Source: Raillietiella orientalis | Taxonomy: Eukaryota | DNA length: 64,000 nt | Direction: 5' to 3' | Assembly: GCA_036172245.1 (NCBI GenBank) | Contig: JAYWIR010000043.1 | Coordinates: 1,612,001 to 1,676,000, forward strand | Part shown: positions 52,225 through 64,000 of the stretch, one piece after another | Numbering within the stretch: position 1 is the stretch's first letter | How the letters are laid out: the number at the start of each line of letters is the position of its first letter | Notes under the pieces: generated by a model | Databases searched by the model: none | What the model was told of the DNA's origin: nothing | Seen by the model: only the letters and a program-made list of their open reading frames with translations | Made by a program: the position numbers and the translations under genes

Positions 52225-52700
52225 ATAGCAACTCTGAGCTCGTGCACACTGAAAGATACCCTGAAGCGGTCACTCGAGACCAATTCCCTGCACTTTTGCC
52301 TCTGTAGTACTCATCCACGTCCCTCCGATCTTCACAGCTATCTCCTTGCTCTCCAAGGGCTGGACGATGAGTTGGGTGGAGAAAGAAAGCAAATGAACTT
52401 GTGAAGAAACTGAAAACGGCTGGAACACAGCCGTGTCTTCCTAACTCGGGGGGCCGAACCTCGTGGATGAGAAGGGCAGCACCACCACCACCCCCATGAA
52501 ACGAACCTTCAGGACATTTTGGCTTGAGGTGGAAAGGAGGGAGGTCTCGCTAGAATGGTGAGAGCTCCACAGAGTCTCCTACCTATTGCGAATTTCCAGA
52601 TGGAGCGCTCACAAAAACTACGGAGGCAGAAATTCGGGGAATCAATCTCGAGTGGCCTTTTCGATGTGTCTTCCAGTGTTCATGAGCTCAGAGTTGCTAT
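52225..52700. mobile_element. Two divergently oriented LINE zinc-finger remnants (52225-52310 minus; 52617-52700 plus)
   Basis: Shared actac.gaggca.aa.t.c.gggaat...tctcgagtg...cagtgt.ca.gagctcagagttgctat, translating as KCRE...FQC..AQSCY. Confidence 0.45.
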
Positions 52701-54336
52701 GACAGGCGACTGCTACTGCGAAACCGGAAAGGTGTCCCCACGTGCGCTAGCTATTCCTTCATCCGTGGAGACGGCAGCATCACGTTTGTTTGCAGGGCTC
52801 TGATCTTCGATGTTTCTCCCCCTGTTTGCGAGCGTCTTGTCCTTTCAGAAAGAAATCGACCGGTGACGAAAGCAACACTCCGGAATCCTCCCCTCGCACC
52901 TGGAAGAATGGGTTTGCCTTGCCTTGTCGTGGCCGACTGCTCTCACGTGCTGGCTCCGCTGTTTTCTTGGGTATTCCAAGTCTTCGAACGACAAAAAAGG
53001 AAAGATGCACACGCGGAAGAAGGCGCAAAGATGGAACGGAGGAACCAGTTTAGGATCAGATATTAAGAGGGAAACGTACCGTGTACGGAGCTTCGAATTT
53101 TCACGAATATGCTGCAAGCGATCTTAGGCAAGCAAGAACTTTCACGCGTGCTGAGGATGGAAAATTCTTCAAGCCCTTCCTCATGATGTCCGAAGCCAAA
53201 CCACTAGAAGATTTCAGTGAAGTCCTGTTTTTCTTGTTATTAGCAGTCGGCAGTTGGATTTCATTGGAGTAAACTGTAGTTAAGGTCATCACAAAGGAGC
53301 AGAAGATGCTCTGGTACCAGAAATTATGACATCCATCATTAAAAAAAATACTTCGAGTGCCATAACGGCGCATCCTACATGCTAGGATCGTTTCGGATAT
53401 CTGACTTATTGAAGTTATGCAGACAAGAAGAGCGTTCCAAACTTGGAGCGCTCTGTCGAAGACGTTGATCTACTGGTTGTAAGTTCTCGAATGAACAGCA
53501 CGGTTTGCGCACTCTCTTGAAGGGATGGGCGAGCACCGAAGCGTTTGGCTTTCACGTGGTCACCACCTTACGTTTTACAGCGGCGGCCTCCTCTCTTCTA
53601 GATGTATACTTCTTTGTCTGGTGTGGCCAGAGTGAAGTGTTGCTGCTTGTGGTTTTCCTGGAAGGCGCGAAAAGTCAAAAGGACCATGCATCGACTATTC
53701 TTCGCTCGACGAATGCGACTGCTGGATCGTTTTGAGCTCCTGCTCGTTCCTTTGTTCGGGAGTTCAACACGTTCGGGATCCGGGGAACCATTTGTGATCT
53801 GTGAGAGAAGCAGAGAAGCCACGCCCCAACTCATCCGTGCTTTCCCTCCTTCCATCATTCGCCCGTGCCTTGCATCCTACGGGAATCCCGTGTTCCGACG
53901 ATTCTGAAGACATCCGAAAAGAATCATGGATGCACCCGCAAAGCGCAAATGCTCATTCCTCTCTGCAGCCGGTCCAGGCTATTAACGTGTTAATGAGCAT
54001 TATCAAGAAAGACCTTCCTTATTGATCCTAACCCATGCTTCATTTGCATGCGCCCACTTCACAGTGAGAAATGCAGTCTACTCTTTGAAAGGAGCCGAAC
54101 GGCAAATTATTTAGAAATTCTTCCTGCCATTAGAAAGCAACTCTTCCTTGAGTTCGGGCGCGGGACGCTTCTCCATGCACGGTTCCATACTTGCAGAAAG
54201 CTTGCGGGAAGCCTCCCACAAATTCTGCAAGATAAGAAACCGAAAAGCATCTTATAAGGTAACCCTCATCAGCGACCAAGGAAGGCAGCGAGCACTGGCC
54301 GGCCTAGGATGATTACCATCAGGTTATGCCGAGACA

Positions 54337-54815
54337 TTTATTACAAGAGTAATAAAAGTACATGTTGTGGTAGGAGCGTTGGTTCTACCGCGCGCAATGA
54401 ACCTGCCGAGGACCGATATGCAGACCGGCGAGGTCCCCTTCGGCAGCGTGAGGGAAAGGGAAACAAAACACACAAAAAATAAAGAAAACCCGGGGGAAGG
54501 GGAATTTATATACGGGGAGGGGGAGAATCGAGGAAGGGATCACGGTGCGCTGCCAGGGTGTCCTCTGCATCCTGCTCATCTGATGCTGGCAAGTTAAATC
54601 CTAATAGTGCCCAGGTGGGGCCATCTCTAGGCGGTCCTCAAGAAAATCCGCTATCAGTGGATGGCGTCCCCGTCATTCCGGCCTCTCCTTCCAGCGTTCC
54701 AGGCTGCCACGATTCCGCAGATACAGCATAGAACTGCTAGGGGCACGGCTGGCAGCAGAGCGACACACGTGAAGAGGAGTTTGAAAATGTCCCTGGGCCG
54801 CCCTCCGGAGGGTCT
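54337..54815 (-). mobile_element. 3' end of the same L1/Tx1 family as 4600-7690
   Basis: RDIFKLLF...LAVLCCICGIVAAW vs RDALKALF...LAALCCLRGIAAAW; same T-rich UTR, stem-loop motif and terminal AATAAA (54342-54337). Confidence 0.82.
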
Positions 54816-55279
54816 AGAATGATGCGAATCGTTTGAGGTTCTTCTGTTTTGCTGATTCCTTCCAGCTTTTTTTTTTCGTGTTTTCTTGTTTGTTGATTCG
54901 CAAAGTACCAAAGAACCATCTGCCTTCTTAGCGGGGGCGCTCACGTAGCTCTAGGTCCACGTCACCCGAGTGTGCGTGTAATTCTTTAAGTTAAGGGGCA
55001 ACCCCTGAGAAACCATCCTATGAATCCAGGAAGACTCCGGAGGAAGGATTCCTCTCTTCTTACGCTTGAGAAGGAATTTCTTCCTTATTCTCTGTACAGG
55101 GACCCTCCGGAGAGGTCCGGTCCTCGTTCTTCACCGAAGAGAACCCCAAAAGGATCCACTCCTGGAATTTCTTCCCTAGAGGGCACCCTCAAATGAACCG
55201 CTCCTTGTTTCCTCCTCCTCTGAAGAGAACCCCAGAAGGCGCTTCTGAATTTTCCCTGAAGGATCCCTCCCCGATAGGA

Positions 55280-56750
55280 TCAGAGCGCTTCTTGCACTCT
55301 GGAGAGGTGAATCCCCCCCGAGGGAATATCGATCAGCTCGATGGTACGGAATGGAGGGTCCTTCTCCCGCGAAAATAGCAACGGCTCCATTTTCACAACC
55401 GGAGGAGAATGTCCCTGGGAACCGCCCCTTTGACTTTTAGAGGGACATGGAAATACCATGGAGGGTACACTTTCAATTCCGGCCACTAATTGGGGCATCC
55501 ATGATTTCCGGCTTCCACCAGTGCCGCAACCGAGGCCTGCAAGCCAACCAGCATCATCTTGCGGAGGGAACTCGAAGCCACGGTGCACCTCTATTTCTCT
55601 GGAGTGGATCCTTTCCGGGAGGGTTCGAATCCGAAACGCTTGGTACCACGTGTTGAGACTGCAGCCACACGTCCGCCAACGCGGACTCAGTGAATCTTCG
55701 AGAAATGGCAGGAGTTTCTTGGTTCGCAAGACGGAAGACTGGACGAATCTGCCTTTTTTCCAGCTGCTTCTTCTCCCAATGCTTTTGCTTCAGTGCTCTG
55801 CTGTCATCATTGTTCCTACTGTCCGGTCATCCAGTAGAAAGAGCTGCAGGAAGCTCTCGGTCATCGTGGACACTGACCATCCCGGTTGGTGTGCTGGAAC
55901 ATGCACCCAATGCATTTCCCAACTGTGTTGTATTTTGGCGCACACCACCCTCTTCTTGAAGTGTGTTTTCCACCCATATGTGAGGGACTCTGAATTCCAT
56001 GGACGCGCGTTGTTCGCCGTTGCTCGGATCCCAGCCTCCCAGAACCTGACTGCTGATGCTCGAAATGAAACCGGCACTTCTTTGAAGGCAAAAATGAGAT
56101 GGTTCTCAGTCACTGATCCTCTTTCCTTTGTTTGCTTCTTCCCGTTCTTCTGTCGTGTTCCACGAGGACAGGAAGCATAGAGTAGGATGACCATCAAGGA
56201 GGATGACTGCAACTTCCATTCCAGAGCACCAGCCATTACGAAACTCGTAGAGTCGATCCTCCGATTCTGGCTGTTGAAGGTTAGCCAGAGGATGGGGGTT
56301 ACTTGGGTTACTTGGGTCATCTTCCCCAGCATCCGAGCCACGAGCAGATCCGAGCTTATTCACACTCTGCAACTCGCAAAGATGCTCCCCAGCCACCCAT
56401 CTTCAGAGACAGACGTCGTCCTCGGGAGACAATCAGAATCTTTCGGTGATTTCACGAAGCGGAGCCTTCTCTTGAGGATCCGATGGAGGGCTGCGAGCAG
56501 AGGAACGCAGACGCGCTCGCGATCACCGAGCTTTCGACCACAAGGGCGCCGCTTCGCCGCACCAATGACCTCTACATCGACCTGCTTCACGTCCAGAGGC
56601 ATTTGAGCCGAACTCCGTTGCGCGTCTCCTTTGCATGTCGGTCTGTACTTGCTCCCCTGCTTTCCTTTTGTGGATTTCCGCAGAAAATGACTGACCAAAC
56701 TGCTCTCTTGATGACTCCGCATCTCCAGCGCACAGCGTGCCCCTAACTGC
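55280..56750 (-). mobile_element. LINE ORF2 C-terminal remnant (second lineage)
   Basis: EDGWLG (GGLG-like), DGQCPR*..ESF.QLF (zf-RVT-like); 3' part homologous to 33640-33940. Confidence 0.45.
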
Positions 56751-59700
56751 CGTGCTCCTCAAATGACGAATCTTCCTCGAAAGAACTGCTTCTTCGTGGT
56801 GGCTCATGGAAGCGCTTTCTCTTAAGACATCTTGCGTCCTGTGTAATCCCCGCTTTTTGGATGCCATGATAGAATCCCGCGAGCGTTTCATGTCATTCGA
56901 ACCTGCTGCCACCGCAGCCGCGGAAAAGTGGGAACCTTTCCCCAAATTAATCATCTTAAAAATTAGCGCCGACCTACTTTCTGATCTGGAGTTGTGTGTG
57001 TGGCAATCATCCCCATCTTTTCCATTGTGCTGGCTGAAATCAATGAATCTTTTATTTGAATTGGATCTGCCGAAATGGGCAGCAGATTTATTGCGTGTTT
57101 TTAGCCCGGAGATGAGCAAGGAAAAAAAAAGCAGTTGAAAGAAAAGCCGTTGTCATGAAGTGTCCCCAAAACCTCATCTGGTTTTGCAAGGAGACACTCC
57201 AGGACAACAGCTTTTCTTTCCATCCTATGTGGCTGCCGACAAAATCACATCGAAGTTTCTCCCTTTTGTCATTTTTAGAAGTTCCAAAACCACGCAGGTT
57301 GACCTGAAGACAAACTGAAATTTCACCCGATAGGCGTGCAGTTCGAAACTGACCGACAGTATCGATTTGCTAGCCCTGAATATAGGAATGACCCTCCAAT
57401 GCAAGAACCCTTCCGAGCTAGGAATTCTGCCTGATATCCCTGATTCCCAGAGACCTGCTTGATTTTCGAGCATTTCCTGCAGGAGAAACTCTGGACCGAA
57501 TTGCTCTCGGCACGTCATCAGGAACTCATAACATCGGAGGATGCACTGATCAAAAACCGATGGAAAAGAGGAAATTCCGATGCCTTCTTCCCGAGTTTGG
57601 CTTTCTCCGCCAAGGTATGAAAGCAGGATATCCAGCAGAACTCTCCAGAAGTTCGGGACGCTTCGAGAATCATTTAGTTTGGAATATGCTAATGGCCCTG
57701 CACATTCTGGGAAACACTTCCCGCAGTGAAAACGGAAGGGAGAAATCGCTGTCGAATCTAAAAATGAAGCTTCTAAAAATGACAAAAAGGAGAAACAGAG
57801 CTTTTTTGTTATGTTTTATTTTCCCTGGCAGAATTTCGCTCTGCGAAGAAATGAAACCGCGAATATCTGCCTGCCGCTGCTTTTCTCACTTGGTCCATTA
57901 TCAAGTAAAACGTTCAGGGTCATACCAGCACGCTGCCAAAAGTCTCCCAGGCTCTTGGAATATTCTGCACCAATAAACTGCAGCAGATTTCCATGTACTG
58001 CTCTGTCCAGTTATCCTTATGAGATATTTGGGGGAGGGGGAGGGAGGGAAGAATCTTATAAATCTCTTCATTCTTGGAGGCAACCTCTTAATAGGTTCAT
58101 TATAGGTTATTCCTTCTTTGTCTTTTAGCCATGAACTTAACTCGAGTGCCTCTTGTTTGGCATCATAATTCTTAATAATGACTCCAGAAGCTGACAAACA
58201 TCTCTGTGTAGACTTTAGCATAGTTACAAGAGAGTTGCAGATAAAAACCAAATGCAAAGTGACATTAACAGAACGCATTTTCTTTGCTTACAATATTTAT
58301 TTCCCCACGGCATCCGGGAAGCATATGAATTCAGTGTGTCTTCTTGAATAAATTGGTTACTCCACTGAATCTCACTTATCTCTCGCATCACTAGGATTCA
58401 TTTTTCATGCCTAACTTTTAGCAACCCCAAATGGCTTTGCCAAACGGACCTGTTGTGCACACGTTTTCGGCAAAACTGCTGTGGCATTTATGCAGAATTC
58501 CAAGCGGTTTCCATTTTTAAACAAATTTGATCCTTGATTTCTCTGCGTGGAGGAATGTGTGTGTGTGTGTTTTTTTTTTTTCTTCTTTCCTCCTGAAAAC
58601 AAAAAAAAGGCGCTCGTGGTAAACACTCAGAAGAGATGAGAAAGCTTTAAAATCACTTTGATTATAGCTGACGACTAAATCTTGTTTAAACAAGAGCCGA
58701 CGAGATTTCGTCGCACGAAACTGGCAGCCTCGGTTTCTATCACGGCCGGATCTCGAAATGGAAAAATCAAATGAATCGCCGAAAAATGTGCAGAGGTGAG
58801 GTTTAACTTTCTACCGGAGGAAAAATCCAGCTCCTGGCCAAGATGGCGGAATTCGCGGAAAAGCACTTTGCACGTGAACTGGTGCGCTCGTACGCGAATC
58901 GGATGACCATGAATTCCCAAATTTAACCATAGGAATTCCCTCTCCCCGCCGAAACGAAGCCCTGAGAGATCCACCCTGCTTCCCAGGCATTTACTTCCCA
59001 TTCCCATGTATCTCGGACGCGGACTTGGGAATGAAGTGAGTGGGAACCTCAATTAGCCGAAACGCCTACGAGTAGTATTCTGAAGGAACGAAGGGGGCAC
59101 ACCCAATGATCTTAGGTAATTAGAATCACCAATGTGGAAATGAAATTACTCGAACCAAAGGATAAACAATGTTTAATTCCACATTTAATTATTTGTTAGG
59201 ACAAATCACATGTCGATGCGGAGCTGCTGACTACACAGTACACATATCACTGGACTGAAGTCCTAATTTTCAATCCTAAATCACTTTGAGCGACGTAAAA
59301 TCACACCAGTAGGAATTTCTGCAAATTGTGATCTTCCCATGATCGGGTTTTAGGTGGAGAAAGTGTACCCCAATGTCAGCTGGACCACTCTGCATCTATC
59401 TTGCTTCTGTCGTCCTATTGGCTCCAGCAGCAGATTCTCTTCTTGGTCTTCAGCTTCCTAGGTATTGATTGTCATTCCATTCCTGATCGCAGCGTTGTGC
59501 TGAACTCCTGCTGAACCGTACCTGTCTTTGAGAGTTCCTTTTGAGCCAAATTTCAGCCTCTGCATGGGAGCCGCATGAGAGTGTCTTAATCCTGAGTAGG
59601 GTACGTACCAGAAACTTTCCAGCAGCATCTAACGCTCATCACCGCGAGCTGGCTTCCAATGTGCATGCCCTAATGAGACAATTTCCGAGACTGCAGCTAC

Positions 59701-60099
59701 TGCTGATCAGGTCTAAACTGCTGCCCCCCCATCTGTGCCTATTGTCGCGTAGGGAACGCTTCTGGCAAACACACTTGACCAGCCTCACCACGAGAGCGTT
59801 TGGATGGGGAATCCGTAAGTCCTGACATCCAAAAGAAGGAAATTGTCCATCATCCAGACTTCCATCTCCATCCCGCAATTATGCTGACAGTTCTTGCATC
59901 AGCTAATCCATTCTTACACAATTAATTTTTAAGTACAACGACGTGCACCTATGCAACGTGGTTCATGTCGGCGAACCTCAATGCAAGAAACATCCTCTAC
60001 TTCGTTGGTATAATCTCGTGGGTATTCATCAACTCGTTGGGCACGTACATCATACAGTTATATACCTAACAAAGCGCATGCTCATTTCATCAAGTGGGT

Positions 60100-60860
60100 G
60101 GGAAATGTAGAGGAAGTAGGCAGGAAGACAGTTGCGAAATCTCTGGAATTCATCTTCAGCCCAACCGGCAGGGGTGCTCTAAGAGATGAAGCTGGCGGGC
60201 CATTGGAAGGCGGCCAGATGGCACCCGGTGCCTGCGCTCAAGGACTGCTCCGTTGGGGCAGAGTACCTGGACATTTCCGCCGTCGGAGATGGTCATCCCT
60301 CCACTCCGTCTGGACAGCTTTGTGCCGTCCCACATATGGCAAAGGCAACAGCAGGCGTCGCTGCTCGCGCACCGGGCTTCCAGCGGCGTCTCCCCCGGAC
60401 TGAGCAGCCAGAGGGCGGCTGGACGCGCCTACTGCTGAAATGCGGTGAACCTCGGAGCATGCGGAAGCGTCCCGTGGCCGCCGCCCACTTCGACCCCATC
60501 CCGTGCTGCTTCGGGGGGACGGGCATTCGCCTGCTTCCCGACCGCAATCTGCTATTGCGTCAAGAGGACTGCGTAACACGCAGGAGGCGCACCAGCAAGG
60601 AAGGAAGACCACACGCCTCATCTCCTGCTAATGAGGACTGTGGCAAGATGGCCTTTGAATGCTGCCCGAACTAAGGAAGACGCCACCACCACGCAAGATG
60701 CATCGCATGTAGGTTGCAAAAGACGCGGCAGGTGTGACCGGTCATCTCTTTGCTTCCCCTATTTATTGTCCCTTCCGTTGCGCCCGCAGATCTATTAATT
60801 CCCTCTCCCCTCCCCGCCCTTCCGTGTAACCGGCCTGCGAGTCGGTTGTTTTTTTTCTCC
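60100..60860 (+). mobile_element. L1/Tx1 3' end remnant
   Basis: QQASLLAHR (zf-region signature), tatttatt tract, and the conserved 3' UTR stem-loop at 60829-60846. Confidence 0.55.
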
Positions 60861-63800
60861 TCTCCCTGAAATTTTCGGAGACCAATGGATTCACCGATCC
60901 ACACTGCCTGCTGCTTATTTTTCTTTTTTCTGGAAAAATAGCTTCCCGATGTAACCAGATGAAAATGGAAAGAGCCAACGGTTCCACTCCATGGCAACAT
61001 TAATCTTGCAAGCACCGCCATTATCTCCAAGATTTGGGCGAAAAAAAAATGATAATGACAAAAGCCAACATTCAGTGTTTACCTGAACTCAGTTCATGAA
61101 GAACCTCTATCCCGAAGAGCGCCGACAAGCCCAGCGGTCCAATACTGATGATGTTCTAGCTACTCATGATGATGAGAAAGAAAAACCCAGTCACTCGTCA
61201 GCTGAGGGCTCACAGAAGCACGGCTTCCAAAGAGTCAGAATCTTGGAAACCTGCACGTCATTAGAGTTTGGTCATTCAGAAGGTCACGAAAGTCAATAAA
61301 ATGCGATCTGTGCGCGGCACCGTTCTTGAAAAGGGAATGCAGTGTGGTAACCCATGTAATACTTCTGGTAACCTTCCTTTTTCTCGTTCTCACACTTTTA
61401 TTCCCCAAGTCTCTGGGTCTTTCGAATGGTTCCATGTGTTCTGCTATTCTAGGGGGCTCCATCTTACCAGGAACGAGGATTCTGGCCTTTCGTTTCCCGA
61501 AGACTCTTGAATACTCTTCGATGATCGGGAGCCGCTGAAGGGAAGATCGACAGCCCCAGCAGCGAAGCTGCACCTTCTATGATTTTACTCTTTTTCAGAG
61601 AGGAACTTTGAAGAGCACCGGGACCAGGAGATAGGGGCATTTTTTTTTCCTGTCAAATTCCGAGCTGTTGACCACATCCTGGAAGGGCTCTCCCTTCTGT
61701 TCCCTTTCCGCAAACCACGAATTCGGGACCCTTTGTAAGGAGAAGGCATGCTTTCCGGCTTCACTCGAGGGGAACGAGGTGACCGTAAGAACCAGCCATT
61801 AATCTGGATTAACCGGGAATTCTGCGCGATGCGATCCCAGAAGCATCCTTGCAGAGATGGATGAACAAATCCTGGTTTTAACTCGATGGATTAAAAGAGA
61901 AGGGGACCTCGGGATAAAGTTCGTTCCATGAATAGCGCAGTGGAAGCGATCCCAGGGAGAAAATGGATCATCCAAAGATCAAGGAAATCTTGAGTAGTCG
62001 TCAAACAAGGGAAGTCGAAGACATCGCTCCCTCATCTAAAAGGGACACGACAAAGAAATCGGGGAGAATCAACCCCTCCAGATCTGATTTTCCAGGAACT
62101 CTCCCGATGAGTATGCCGTCCTCTACCTTTGTCTTCACTGAGAACAGAGAGAGGTGAGCATCGATTGGGGCATCCGCTGCAGTCCTCCCGGCAGCGCAGT
62201 TCAAGATGTGCGCGGCCGGGAAGCATCACCGACGCCACCCTCGCGTCTTTGCCGTCGCCGTGTGCTTCAGGCACTGGGAAACGACGTGCGGAAACGAAAA
62301 CGAAAACGGGGGTGGTCAATTTCCTACCCTCTTCCCTATTACTGGCTTGCACCCCGCGGCGCCGCTCCCTTGCCTTTTCAGCTGTTCGTTTTTTTCTTCT
62401 CTCTCCCCCCCCCCCCTCTCCCAGAAAGACCAGAGAAAAACGGTTCTCTTTCGGTGCATGCGAGAATGGTCATTTGCCTGCTCCTCCTGGCTCCTAGAGA
62501 ACACATTGAATTTAGATCCGAGCTCCCACATCCGTCCTGAGGGGGAGATACTTCAGAGCTCTCACCTTCAGGCAGAACTGCGCCCGCATCTGTGCGTCAG
62601 GCCGTGAGGAAAGAGGAAGCGGAACTCAGCCTTCCAGCAAGCCCCAGAGTGATGCTTGACGCTTCAAGCATTTCCTGGGGACCTTTCCGGAAATTTTCTG
62701 TTTTCCTGGAGAACATTGGGAACCCTCCTTCCAGGAAAAGTTCCCGCATATCTCGCATATCGATTTTTCATATTATTCTCTTTGTTGCAACTGCCTGAAC
62801 CTCTGCTCCGGGTAGCACGCGGACAACATCCCTGAGAGATAGGCTCGGAGCTGATCTCAGTGGGATGCTCCGAGCCGCATCCCTACTCCGATCCGGTATT
62901 CTGAGGCGCCTTGTGGGTTGGTGAAGTTGACGGCGACCCTTCCACCGGCAACACCTCTCTCACCCTCCGCTCGGATTATTCCGGAGTAAGAGACGATTAC
63001 CAGAGCTCGGATTATTCCAGAACGAAGATTTTTCGACCGCCAAATCACCACAACCGTGTAATCCAGTGGTCTTACCGTTGTCATACCCCTCGGACAGGAG
63101 GGTGGAGTTTTTGCTTCGGAGCTCTCCTGAGAGAGCACCACAGGAAGTCTCTGATCTTTCCCTCGTTTATCCTTTCTCCCTTTCTCCTGCTCTCCTCCCT
63201 CTGCCCACTAGGCAGAATAGGAAGAACACAAGTCTACTTCCCTGGACCGAGAAAGATTCCACGAGCAGGAAACGATCCAGTAACCTCCGGCAGGAAGCTT
63301 CCAACCGCCGCTCGCCCCGCCCCATGAACGAATACCAAGAGTTTTGCAAGTCCCCTCCAGCTGGGAAAAAACGGAGAGGATTCAGTCCAGCCGGACGCCG
63401 ACTCCGTTCCCCAGGCCGTATATATGCGGGGGAATAGCGCATGAGCCGTGTTTCGGGCGATTATTTCACGAGGGAAGGGTTGCTTCGGCGGGAACAAATA
63501 GGGAAGAATTTGAGAACCGTCGGTAGTTTGCGCTTTGTGCTTCCAGGGGGCGTTTCTCTCCTGCTTCTGAAGACCTTGGGTCGCCCGAGTGTTTCGGTCA
63601 TTTCCCGTTGTTGCAATGTGCCCTCACCTCCTTGTTCTCCTTCCTTCCTTCCTCCTTTTTCGCAATAGCTGGAAAGCTTACGAATAGGGAAAGGGGAAGG
63701 GGAAACTCGCAGGACTATTAACCCAACTTTTCTTCCTTGCTCTTAGATGAGTTCGCCGCAATTAGTTCGGTCTCCAGAGGCAACCCTGCCCTGCCGTGAA

Positions 63801-64000
63801 AAGCGGAAGACTGGGAACCGCGATCACCGGCAGGCCACGCGAGACAGCGCACCTGGCGGAGGGAGGAACAACGGTTCCTAGGGAGACGAAGGGAAATGCT
63901 TCCGAAACTATTCCGAACTCTCCCTTTCTTCATAGGGACCGATCCGCTGCACGGCAGGTCGGTTCCTCTACCGCCCAAGTAGTTTCAGTACCCATCGGAG

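Noticed and set aside
62970..63022. Short direct repeat ctcggattattcc(g/a)ga; also gggttactt tandem at ~56295-56317
   Set aside because: Two-copy local duplications with no larger structure.

Overview
Eukaryotic, probably arthropod, DNA; the Fasciclin-3-like remnant and (TTAGG)3 support that, but the taxon is inferred. I found no intact host gene, RNA gene or CRISPR array. The window is a graveyard of decayed non-LTR retrotransposons of the L1/Tx1 clade. One copy is relatively well preserved (about 4.6-7.7 kb: RT plus C-terminal zinc finger), and some 20 eroded endonuclease, RT, zinc-finger or ORF1 fragments lie on both strands. Three non-transposon relics sit among them: (i) a ~4.5 kb degraded negative-strand RNA virus (Bunyavirales-like) L/RdRp endogenous viral element, minus strand, about 29-33.4 kb; (ii) an intronless Fasciclin-3-like Ig cell-adhesion retrocopy fused to a 5'-truncated LINE, about 51.3-52.2 kb; (iii) an RNase II (RNB)-domain, HELZ2/DIS3-like pseudogene, about 12.9-15.7 kb. 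Also notable are a conserved, covarying stem-loop in the LINE 3' UTR, a near-identical 300 bp inverted duplication of an already dead LINE fragment, and pervasive internal deletion. All protein assignments come from motif recognition by eye across frameshifts, not database searches, and boundaries of decayed elements are approximate.
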